Source: the human T2T-CHM13v2.0 reference genome, Homo sapiens
Reading direction: 5' to 3' (one strand)
Length of the DNA: 64,000 bases
NCBI RefSeq assembly: GCF_009914755.1
Contig: NC_060928.1
In this document: one piece after another, positions 52,881 to 64,000 of the stretch
Layout of the letters: each line of letters opens with the position of its first letter
How positions within the stretch are numbered: the first letter of the stretch is position 1
Program-made: the position numbers and the translations under genes
The notes under the pieces: generated by a model
The model's database searches: none
Told to the model about the DNA's origin: nothing
Seen by the model: the letters and a program-made list of their open reading frames with translations, nothing else

Positions 52881-55620
52881 AAATCCTGTGTTTTTAAGCA
52901 ATAGAATATTGTAAAGTGAAAAATAAGTAAGGGAACACACAAAAACGGGAATTTCTATAGCAAGTCTGACATCCTGGAACATGAAGATCTTTTCCTATTA
53001 TCTGTCTCACGCCTTATTTACCTTGGTTTCTCATGGTCATTTTGCCATCTTAATCATGTAACAAGACAGTATTAACTTGAAAGAAAATATACTGTTTGGT
53101 GTTCCCTTTAAAAGCACAGATTAATAAACAGTACCTAAAATTTTCTAGGGATTACCCCAGATCTCTTCTTCTTTTGATGTTCCTATAAAAACAAAATTAT
53201 CTGTTTTAATGGCAGTTGAATGTGTGGAAGAGGTGAAATAGGCAAAAGCACCAGAGATGAACTCTTAGAAATACTAATTGTATGCTCCTTTTGAGCTCAT
53301 AAAGAGAAAATGAAATAACTTCTCCAAGAGTAATATTTTCCAGAACGCTATTCTGGGAATTACTATAAAGAAAGGCATTATTCCTTAAGGAACTTATTTC
53401 CTGTAGGTTCAGTTAATATAAAACACAATGCAAAGCCACACCTGTTTATTCTATCTCCCTAATTTCTTGCTCCACCCAGGCCAAGAAATGTGTGAAGTCT
53501 GTTTGCCTTTGAAATGCTTATCATTTTTATTCCAATACTAGATAGGTCATAGCTAACTGGCCATGTGCTTTTAGGGGTGAAACCCTGGGTATTATAGTGA
53601 AACCAAGAGCAGTGGCCACAGAAGTCAATAGGCAGGGCTGGTCCATGATTAATCTGTGAGCGAGGGGAATTTTCCTCTTCACCTACCTACCTTTTCCAAA
53701 TGTCTCCATTTTCCTTCTAGCATTTCCTCATACCAAATTTTATTTTTTCTCAGAAAAAGACCCAACCTCAGTCATGAATACCTTACTGCAAAATTTTATG
53801 TCTGTCTGGGTGATACAGCCACTCTATTTGGCGTTTTAATGAAAGTGTGTAATAGAGAATCAAGGACAGTTATTGCCACAGAAGAATTTTAGGCACAATG
53901 TGATTCCTCATTCCTTAAATTAGGAAGCTGAGGGGGAAAAGAGCTGAATTTGCAACAATCTGCTAACAGAAAATTCACATTGCCTATGCCATGAGGGTCC
54001 CTAGGCTGCTTGTGTAGAGTGTTTTGAAACTTCAATTGCACTGCCTTGTGTCTTAACCATTTTTCAGCCTTATTCTCAGATATATCAGTATCATTGTTAT
54101 TAATAAAATTATATTGCATCACTTTTGTGACCATTTTTTGTTTATTTAAACCACTTTATTGAGATATTATTGACATGTGAACAGCTATACATATTTAAGT
54201 ATACAACTCAGTGAGTTTGGGGATAAGTATAGACATGTAAAACCAACATACCACCAGGGCCAAAAACATCACTATCATCTCCCAAAGTTTCCTCCAGCCC
54301 CCTTTTTATTGTTATCATTTTGAGGGAGTTGGGGGTGGGAGTAACAACACTTAACATAGATCTATGCTCTTAGGAAACTTTAAGTATACAATACAGTATT
54401 ATTAGCAACAGGCACTAGGTTATATAGTAGATCTCGAGAACTTAAAACTTTGTATGCTTTTATTGTTTCCTCCTTTACCTCTCCTCCAAGGACCTGGCAA
54501 CCAAAATTCTACTCTCTGCTTCTACGATTTTGACTATTTTAGGTTCCACATGTTAAGTGTGACCATACAATATTTGTCTTTCTGTGTCTGACTTACTTCA
54601 TTTCCTATAATATCCTGTATGTCTATCTGCATTGTTACAAATAGCAGGATTTCCTCTCTTTAAAGGCTGAATAATATTTCACTTTATATATATATATCTG
54701 TGTGTGTGTGTGTGTGTGTGTGTGGAGGGTGTGGGGTGTGGGTGTGTGTATACATATTACATGTTTTCTTTCTCTATTGATCTGTTGATGAACATTTAGG
54801 TTGTTTCAATATCTTAGCTATTGTGAATAATGCTGCAGTGAACATAAGAGTGCAAATATTTCTTCAAGATGCAATTTTAAATTTCTTAGAATAAGTCCCA
54901 GAGTGCAACTATTGGGTCATATGGTAGTTCAATTTTTAGCATTTTGAGGAAATTCCATACTGTTTTCCATAATGGTTGTACCAATTTTCATTCATTTCAA
55001 AAATTTGCCAGGGTTCCCTTTCCTCCAAATCCTCACCAACACTTACTTTCTTTCATATTTTAAATTATAGCCATCCTAACAGGCGTGAGGTGATATCTCA
55101 TTGTGGTTTTGATTTTCATTTCCCTGATGATTTGTGATGTTGAACAACTTTCCATATACCTTTTGGTCATTTGTATGTCTTTTGATATATCCAAAAATTT
55201 GTTGCCAAGGCCAATGAAAATAGCTTTGTCCCTGGTTTCTTTTAGGGGTTTTGTGGTTTTATGGCCTTACATTTAAGCATTTAATCTATTTTGATGGATT
55301 TTCGTATATCGTGTAAGATAAGTGTCTTATTTCCTTCTTTTGCATGTGGATATCCAGTTTTTCCAACACAATCTATTGAAGAGGTTATTCATTCCCTATT
55401 TTGTGTTCATGGCACCCTTGTCAAAAATTAGTTAACTTTATATGTTTAAGTTTATTTCTGGGTTCTTTATTCTGTTTCATTAATCTCTGTGTCTATTTTA
55501 ATGTCAGTACCATATTGCTTTAGTTACTATAACTTTGTAGTATAATTTCAAATCAGGAAGTGTGGTGCCTCCAGTGTTGTTCCTGTTCAAGACTGTTTGG
55601 GGTCTTTTGTGGTTTCATAT

Positions 55621-55977
55621 TGCTATATGTTGAATATTTGTATCTCCCTAAATATTGGACCCTAATTACCAGTGCCATAGTTTTGGGAAATAGGGCCTTC
55701 ATAATGTGATTAGGTTGTGAGTGTTGGAGCCCCCATGAGCTGGATTAATGTCCTCATGAAAGAGGCCCTAGAAAGCTGCCTTGCCCCATCCACCATGTGA
55801 GAACTCAGTGAAAAGACACCATCTAAGCCAGAGAGCAGGCCCTTAGAAAGACATTGAATCTATCAGTGCATTGATCGTGGACTTCCCAGTCTCCAGAACT
55901 GTGAGAAATACACTTCTATTGTTTATGAGCCATCCATCTTACAGTTTGTTAAAACAGCTCAAATCGAGTAAGATACA
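55621..55977 (+). mobile_element. MaLR solo LTR (MST/MLT1A-like)
   Basis: TGCTATATGTTGAAT start; GGACTTCCCAGTCTCCAGAACTGTGAGAAATA..TAAGATACA end. Confidence 0.88.
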
Positions 55978-56614
55978 CAAATTTTAGGATTGTTTTTCCC
56001 ACTTCTTTGACAAATGCCATTGGAATTTTGGTAGAGATTTTATTGAGTCTGTAGATCATTTTAAGTGGTACAGATATTTTAACGTTAATTCTTCTAATCT
56101 ATGGGGATAGATTTTCATTTATTAATGTCTTCTTCAATTTATTTTATCACTGTTTTATAATATTTATGGCACAGATCTTTCACCTCCCTGGTTTTATTCC
56201 TAAGTATATTATTATTTTTGACACTATTCTTTCCATATTTTGTTGTTAGTGTATTAAAATGCAACTGCTTTTGTATGTTGATTTTGTAACTTGCAACTAC
56301 ATTAAATTCATTTATTAGTTCTAACAGTTTTTTGGTGGAGTATTTAGGGGTGTCTTTATATAAGATCACAGCATCTCCAAACAGAGATAAATAACATCTT
56401 TTCCGCTTTAGATGCATTTTATTTCCTTTTCTTGCCTACTTGCTCTGATCAGGGTTTTAAGTAACTATGTTGAACAGTAGTTGCAAGAGTGGGCATTCTT
56501 GTTTTCATCCTCATCTTGGAGCAAAAGCTTTCAGCTTTTTACTACTGGGAATATGTTGCCTGTGGGCTTGTCATACCTGGCTTTTATGTTGTGGAACATT
56601 TCTTCTATACCTAA

Positions 56615-56913
<299 letters not shown>

Positions 56914-58579
56914 AATTTGAGAGTTTTTGTAATGAAAGAATATTGAATTTTCTGAAATTCTTTTTCTGCATCCATTAAGATGATCATACAATTTTTATCT
57001 TTCATTCTATTAATTTGGAGAATCACGCTTATTGATTTTCATGTGTAGAACTATCCTTGCATTTTAGGGAAAAATCCAGTTTGATCATAATGTAGGATTA
57101 TTTTACTGTGTTGATGAGTTCAGTTTGCTAATATTTTATTGAGATTTTTTGCATTTATGTTTATTAGAAATATTGGCCTGAATTTTTTTTCTTATAGTGT
57201 TCTTTTTTGCTTTGGTATCCAAGTAATGCTGGCCTCATAAAACAATTTGAGAATTATTTTATCCTCTTCAATTTTTTGTAGAGTTTTGAGAAGGATTAGG
57301 ATTACTCTTTTTTAAAGGTTGGTAGAATTTACCAGTGAAGGCATCTGGTTCTGTGCTTCTCTTTGTTGAGAGATTTATGATTAGTGATTCAAACTTTTTA
57401 GTTGTTATTGGCCTATTCAGATGATCTATTTCTTTATAATTTAGTCTTTGTATGTTTCTTGGAATTCATCCATTTTTTTTCTAGGTTATTCAATTTTTGG
57501 TGTATAATTGTTCATAGCAGTCCATTATGATTCTGTATATTTTTGTGATATCAGTTGCAATGTCTCTATTTATAATTTTATTTATTTGAGTACTCTCTCA
57601 TTTTTCTTAGCTAGCTAAAAATTTGTCAATTTAATTTACCTTCTCAAAACACCAACTCTTAGTTTTATTGGCCTTGTCTATTAATAAAACTACAAGACTA
57701 TTTTCTAGTCTTCGTTTCATTTATTTCTGCTCTAATCTTTGCTACTTCATTTGTCTAATTTTAGCTTTGTTTTCTTTTACTAATTTCTAGAAGTGTAACT
57801 TTAGATTGTTTTTTGAGATCTTTGTTTTTTCTTAATGCAGGTGTTTGCATTAAGAATTTTCATCTTCGATTTGCTTTTGCTGCATATTATAAGTTTTGGC
57901 ATGTTCTGTTTCCATTTTTATTTACTTCAAGATATTTTTATTTTCCTTCTTTTCATTCTTTTACCCATTTATTATTCAAGGCTTTGTTGCTTAATTTTTA
58001 CATACTTGTGAATTTTTAAAATCTTCTTCACGTTACTGATTTCTAGTTTCATTCCACTATGGTCAGAAAATAGACTTAATAGTATTTCAATATTTTTAAA
58101 CTTGTTAAAACTTTGTGTGTGTGTGTGTTTTATAATGCTCTGGTCTGCTGGATAGTGCCCATAAGTCCCATAGTCTTTCTTATTATTTATTTATTTGTTT
58201 GTTTGTTTGTTTATTGTTCTTTTGGCTGGGTAATTTCAAATGATCTGTTTTTGAGTTAACCGATTCTTTCTTCTGCTTTATACAGTCTGCTATTGAAACT
58301 CTCTATGATACTTTTCACTTTAGTCATACTTCAGCTCCAGAGTTTCTGTTTGGCTCTTTGTGGGGGGTTCTTTCTCCTTGTTGAGCTTCTAATTTTGTTC
58401 AAATATTGCTTTCCTGATTATTTTTAGTTGTCTGTCTGTGTTTTATTGGAACTCATTGAGCTAGTATAAGATGGTTATTTTGAATTCTTTGTTAGACAAT
58501 TTATAGATCTCCATATTTTAGAACCAGTTACTTGTTTTTCTATTTTGTTCCTTTGATGCTGTTGTGTTTCCCTGATTCT

Positions 58580-59125
58580 AGCACAAGGGGCCTAGCTTTT
58601 GGCCTATCCTGGTTTTTGATATGCCTTCATCGTTAAGTTTAAACATTTCTAGCTTTTGGTTTAAGGTGAGAGATATGCAACACTGTCTTTTCCTTGAACA
58701 ATTTGGAAGCCTTTATAGGGTTATTAATTGGCCCAATTTTAATATTGCTGTGTCTCAGGGAATAGAGAGGCCAAAGGAGATGTAGAGATGGTGAAGGGCC
58801 AGTCATTGCAGCAGTTTGAATAGCCATGACATTTATCAATTAACTGTCTTATTTGGGTGCAGTTAGTGAAGCCCAAAAGTAATTACAATAGTAACATCAA
58901 GGATTACCAATCACAGATTATCATAACAGATATAATAATAATGACAAAGTTTTAAATGTTGCAAGTTACCAAAATGTGACACAGAGACACAAAATGAACA
59001 CACGTTGTGGTAAAAATGGTGCCCATGGACTTGTTCAATACTGGGTTGCCACAAATCCTCAATTTGTAAACAATACTATATCTACAAACCAATTAAGTAA
59101 AGTGCAACAAAAAAAAGCCTGCCTG
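58580..59125 (-). mobile_element. Tigger1-like left-end fragment
   Basis: Reverse complement parallels the left end of the 39037 element; ends GCCTG|TA. Confidence 0.8.
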
Positions 59126-61331
59126 TATTCTGCTCCAGGGTGGGAATTTCCATCTCACTAGTTACTGGTAGATGACATATAATCTGTTATTGCCTTTAAT
59201 TTTTATCTGTACCAAAGAGGTAAAACACCAATACATATTAAATACTACACACAATTTTTATAAATATGATAGAATTTACTTTTCCATATTACCTCAGCTG
59301 ACTGATCTGGGGAAAAAATTATTGTACATGGAAATGAACTTTGGCTAACCAAACCCTGTAATACAAAATTTTTGTTTTAGCTTTTTTTTTCTTAAAAGGA
59401 AACAATTAATTTTTTCATGTCTAGTATAATTACTGGATTATTTTCTGATTCCAGTTTTAGCAATTTTAACTGCAAAATGTGAATAAAAGTAAAGATGCCT
59501 CATCTTGGTTATGATAAAAGATTTATAAATGACCAAATTTCTGAATTTACTTTTTGTTTTTCACCTATTGATCATCAGTAAAAAAAAAAACCACAGAAAT
59601 TTGTGGCAAAAAAAAAACACAGAAATTTGAAGGAAAATTAATTTGTTTTAAAAAGGAAGTAAGAAATGAAAGATAATCTCAAGTTTATAAAATATATTAC
59701 TAACTCATTGGTAATTGAGAACTTGTTATTTGTTTTTTCTGAGATTCTCAGTTGGAAATACTTTGTTTTCTTGAAATAATCAGTGGCTCAGAAATACAAC
59801 AGCAATTCCTTTAACATAAAAAATATGGCTTCAATTTTCTAATTATGGATGTACACCTGCATACCTACTTAATGGAGAAAAATTACTAAGTGCAGAAAAG
59901 ATTAAGAGATTATTTAAGTTCTTTTAAGGTGAGTCCAAGAAAAAAACTTTAGCAGATATTTTCTTCTTTCTTCAACATTCTGTTCAATGTATAACTGACA
60001 CATTTTATGTATTTACAAGATGATGAGTGAACATAGTTATGATAAATAACTCTGATGTAACAGGCAATGTTCAAAGTCCTTTATGTATATATAAAATGCA
60101 CTTAATCCTTTCAAACACCCAAGGAAGTGGTTACCAGGTTTTCCCCCATAATACAGTTACAAGGAAATGAATGGGCAGGGAATTTATGCAATTTGTCTGT
60201 TTCACAGCTAATATTTCAGAATTTGAGCTCCAAGCAGTATGGCTTTAACCACTACACAATTAAAAAATTTTTCTGAGATAGGTGATTGAGAGCTTTAGGA
60301 GAGCATTTTTTTAAGGTTTGTTATTCTTATGGTTAAATAGCTCAACTTTATCTTTCCTAAAAAATAGGAAATTGCTCAAGTTTCCAGTGTTTTATTTCAC
60401 TAATGGCAAGAATTGTTGTGCCACTAACATGATATACTTAAAGTTAATGAAATCTACATCTATTTATCTATCTGTTCACTATTCCAAGTCAATGTATTTC
60501 ACCTCCAAAATCATGTCAGTGGAAATTAATACTGTACCTTAGGAGCTTGCAAGAAGTGGAAATAGGCATCTTAGTTGGCTCTTAGTTGCTGAGATAAGGA
60601 TTATAGTTTTCTGCTGACCCAGTTTGGACACTTTATCATGTTTTAATAAATAAAATACTTTTCCTTCAGCATTAATAGGAAGCTGTCCAGGCTTTTACTC
60701 TCCTTATAACTTAAGAAAAAATAAGATATTTGCTATAATGACTTCCAGATCAAACCAAAATAACGGCTTATGCAAATACTTAGGATAAATAGACCTTCCA
60801 AAAATTTACAGTAGTAGCCAAAGGGATAAAATATTTCAAGAATCCGCTTTGTAGAATGACCTATAGCTATGCCCAAGACTTTCATAATAAACATTAGTTG
60901 CTTATGTAATGAAGTGTAAAAACAGATTTTTCCCACCTTTAATATATCTGTTCTTATAATTCAATTTATAATAGCCCTATATTTATTTTTCAGAACATTA
61001 AGAAAGCAATGATGTTCTACCAACATAATCCAGTCCTTTCTTGTTTTAATGAGTGCCTCCCCCAGCCAAATACTCATCTTATGAGCTGAATGGCAGCTCT
61101 ATATGCCCAAACATTAAACTTATGGAAACTCCAGTTTTAAATGAATAGAGTCATTGCTAAAATAAAAGTATTGGTTTCTAAATTCCATTTTGAACTAACA
61201 TATTTACTGTATCCTGCAGCTTTGATTGGCAGTATCTAATATGCCTTTAAAATCCAGAGTTGCTTCTGTATCCTAAGTACAAATGAAACAGCAGGAATGG
61301 GCAGGCAGTGTAGTGTTGCTCTAACCATGCT

Positions 61332-61420
61332 TGCCTTGGGGAACTGTGCCTTACAACTGTGCCTTGGGGAATTGTGCCTTGGGGAACTTGCTTTGGGGAA
61401 CTGTGCCTTGAGGAGCTGGG
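61332..61420. repeat. 15-bp minisatellite (GAACTGTGCCTTGGG), ~6 imperfect copies
   Basis: Directly visible. Confidence 0.85.
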
Positions 61421-61539
61421 CTCAACTCTATTTTGTTGCCATTACTACTACTATAATGCAGATGTCTGAAGGTGGCATTAAATCTCTGGATGCATCCACT
61501 TAGTCATTTCAGAACATTTCATCAAGTGAAAATGTCATC

Positions 61540-62140
61540 CACTTGGCCCAGTCTTTAGTACATTTGTCCTCTCTGCCTGGTTTGAGTCCCTTCTACCTTC
61601 TGATAACAGAATCCTGGCTTTCCTTCGGAAACCATCTCCCCATCCTTCCAGTCTGGGTGGTTCAGATAGGTTGACTCTACCCTAAAGCTCCAGAAGTGAG
61701 CTGACATCCCAAAGTAGTATTGGCCATTCCTTTCAACCCTGAGCCACCCTGATAACTCAGAGGTGGACAAGTGATCTAATAAGCCTGGCCAAGTCAGAAA
61801 AATCCCCTGAGACCACTTTGGCAGGAAATGGCTGGAAAAATCATCCCTTGCTTCCTGCTGGATTATAGCTTGGAGCTTTGCCAGTGCTTTGCATAAAGTA
61901 AAGCCAGCACAGAGAAAGGCAGTTAGACCTGCAGTGAGACTGGTTATTAAAGAGAATTTTTGGACTCTAGGATCCAGGTTTATCTCATCTACACAGCAGT
62001 CAAATAAAGTAATGCTACTCTCTATTTCAAAGGGTTGTTATGATGAATGTGTCAATATTTATAAAACACCAATATATTTCATAAGGAAATGAAATAATTC
62101 CCATTTTCAGTAAGCCAATTTGAGTTGGTTTTTTTAACTG
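61540..62140 (+). mobile_element. Old MaLR LTR (MLT1-like), possibly with a MIR piece
   Basis: ATAACAGAATCCTG..GGACAAGTGATCTAA..TAAGCCAATTTGAGTTGGTTTT. Confidence 0.45.
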
Positions 62141-63849
62141 TCTGTACTGACTGCTTGAGTTATCTTTCTAACCAGAAGGGCATTTCAACTTGAATTTAAT
62201 TCCTCTCTTCATTTGATTCAGCATTTGTATTGATCATTTTCCCAGCATTGTAACATAGGAATGAAATTAGGTGCCATAGATACAAAGACAATTAATATAG
62301 AATCTGCTACCTTCTAACTCTCAACACAATACAGGAGATGAATGTACAAATAGAAGATTTTAGAAGGGCCTGGTAAATACCATGACAAACTATGCACAAA
62401 GTATTAGGAGTAAGGATGAATATCTCATACAACTCTTATGGGTTAATGAGTGGGTTTCTGAGAGGTGTTACAGAGGTTTTCCTACAAGAAATCGTTACTT
62501 ATGTGAGTTTTAAAGGATGGAGAGTTTTCCAAGTAGATGGGACAACACTGAGGAATGGAAAACGCTCCAGTAGGAGACAACCAAGTAATCAAAGGCATGA
62601 AGATTGGAAAGTCCATGGAAGTCCTAGAAGCAGCAAGTGACTCAGGTAGATGGAGTTCATCCTGTGGGCAGGGAGAGGAGAGCAAGTGAGGCAGGAGGGG
62701 CGATCAGGATTCCACATGGGAGGCCATGTGCCTGTAGGATCCTGCTTCTCTGTCAGTTTGGATGTTACCATAGCTGTGCAGCTTTTACGTGTGTCTCATG
62801 GTGCTTCCATGTCCCTTGTGGACAGATTCCTTTATTGACTATCTACCACAGGGAGAGTGGGAAGGCAAGAGTAACCTATAGGTTCAATGTATGTGTAGAA
62901 AATGAGGAATGGTGGATATTAAATTCAAAAGACATTTACTAGATGCATACAACACAAAAGGGATTGTGGTGAGTTTTGTAAAAGATAGTGGATAAAGCCA
63001 AAACTTAAACATGAAATTCTTCTTTGATTCTTAACTTGCACACTTCCTTCTGCAACATTGCTAGTCTTCTAATTCTGCAGTAAAGACATACTGATGATTT
63101 CAACAAACTATAATTATTTAACTTTATTGGAAATAACACCAAACACCATCTAATATATAGATGTGAACATCATTCCAAAACTTTTAAAAATTAGCTTTTA
63201 GTATAAGCTTTATATTTGCCTTTTCTTGAGATTGTTGTTTAAACTTTTGTGGAAGGTATTGAGTAATTAAATTACATTATGCTCATATCATGTAATCCAA
63301 GAAATATAGGAATGCCAAAATTACAAAAGAATATGTCAGAAAAAATACAGGAAATAAGCAAACATCTCTATGGAAACATTTTTATCATACTAGATGATTA
63401 TATTGGTCATCATGATGACTCTGGTATTATGGAAGCACAATGTAGGAAGTTGAGATGAGTTATAAACCACAGCAAACATATCACACACAGTGTATGAATA
63501 CATAGTTCAACTAAGACAGTTACAAATCATCCTAAAAAACTTTGATGATCAGAAAAGGTCTTCTGTAATGTTTTAACATTTTGAAATGTATTGATACATT
63601 TTTTATGACTCATCTATGTTCTCTTTGGAAAGACAAATGTGATTTATGCAATTGCTGGGTAAATTGCCAATATATGTCAGTCAAACCAAGTTGGTTGCTT
63701 ATGTTGCTTAACACTTCTATACTGCTACTAAATTTGTGCTGCTTTACATATTAAGTGTTGAAAGAGTTTGTTAGAATCTGTAACTATGATTATATATCTG
63801 TCTATTGCTCTTTTTTGATCTCTTCATTTTGCTTTATGTGTGTGTGTGA

Positions 63850-63975
63850 ATTTTTTTTTTCTTTAGAGACAGGGCCTTGCTCTGTCACCCAGGCTGCAGT
63901 GCGGTGGCATGATCATAGCTCACTGCAGCTTCAGACTCATGGGCTCAGTTGATTCTCCCACCTCAGCCTCACAAA
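63850..63975 (-). mobile_element. AluJ/FLAM right-arm fragment within old antisense L1M sequence
   Basis: TTTAGAGACAGGGCCTTGCTCTGTCACCCAGGCTG..ATCATAGCTCACTGCAGC. Confidence 0.85.
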
Positions 63976-64000
63976 TAGTTTATATAATTTGATAATGTGT

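Noticed and set aside
59580-59630. Short duplicate A(n)CACAGAAATTTG
   Set aside because: Simple slippage duplication anchored on A runs.
61332-61420. Repeat array as a possible CRISPR-like structure
   Set aside because: Head-to-tail units without unique spacers, in mammalian DNA.

Overview
Human (primate) genomic DNA from the CXC-chemokine cluster, recognisable as the chr4q13.3 segment. It carries three intact minus-strand genes whose exons I resolved base by base: PF4/CXCL4 (3 exons, 101 aa), PPBP/CXCL7 (3 exons, 128 aa) and CXCL5/ENA-78 (4 exons, 114 aa, about 2 kb 3'UTR). The rest is intergenic and rich in repeats: L1s (one twin-primed, one apparently 3'-truncated), Alus, MaLR LTRs, L2/MIR, Tigger3, and a near-full Tigger1 holding a 7SL retrocopy. 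Almost all ORF-track entries are spurious or repeat-derived. I see no evidence of a wholly new biological system. The best leads are: (i) an alternative in-frame coding exon in PF4 intron 1 that would give a PF4 without a signal peptide, with its ATG directly behind the stop of the canonical frame; (ii) a three-arm inverted repeat / pre-miRNA-sized hairpin at about 49.8 kb; (iii) a patchwork 1.28-kb-spaced duplication downstream of CXCL5; (iv) several dense NF-kB/STAT/RUNX/GATA/ETS motif clusters. Repeat subfamily names are from memory of consensus sequences and their boundaries are approximate.
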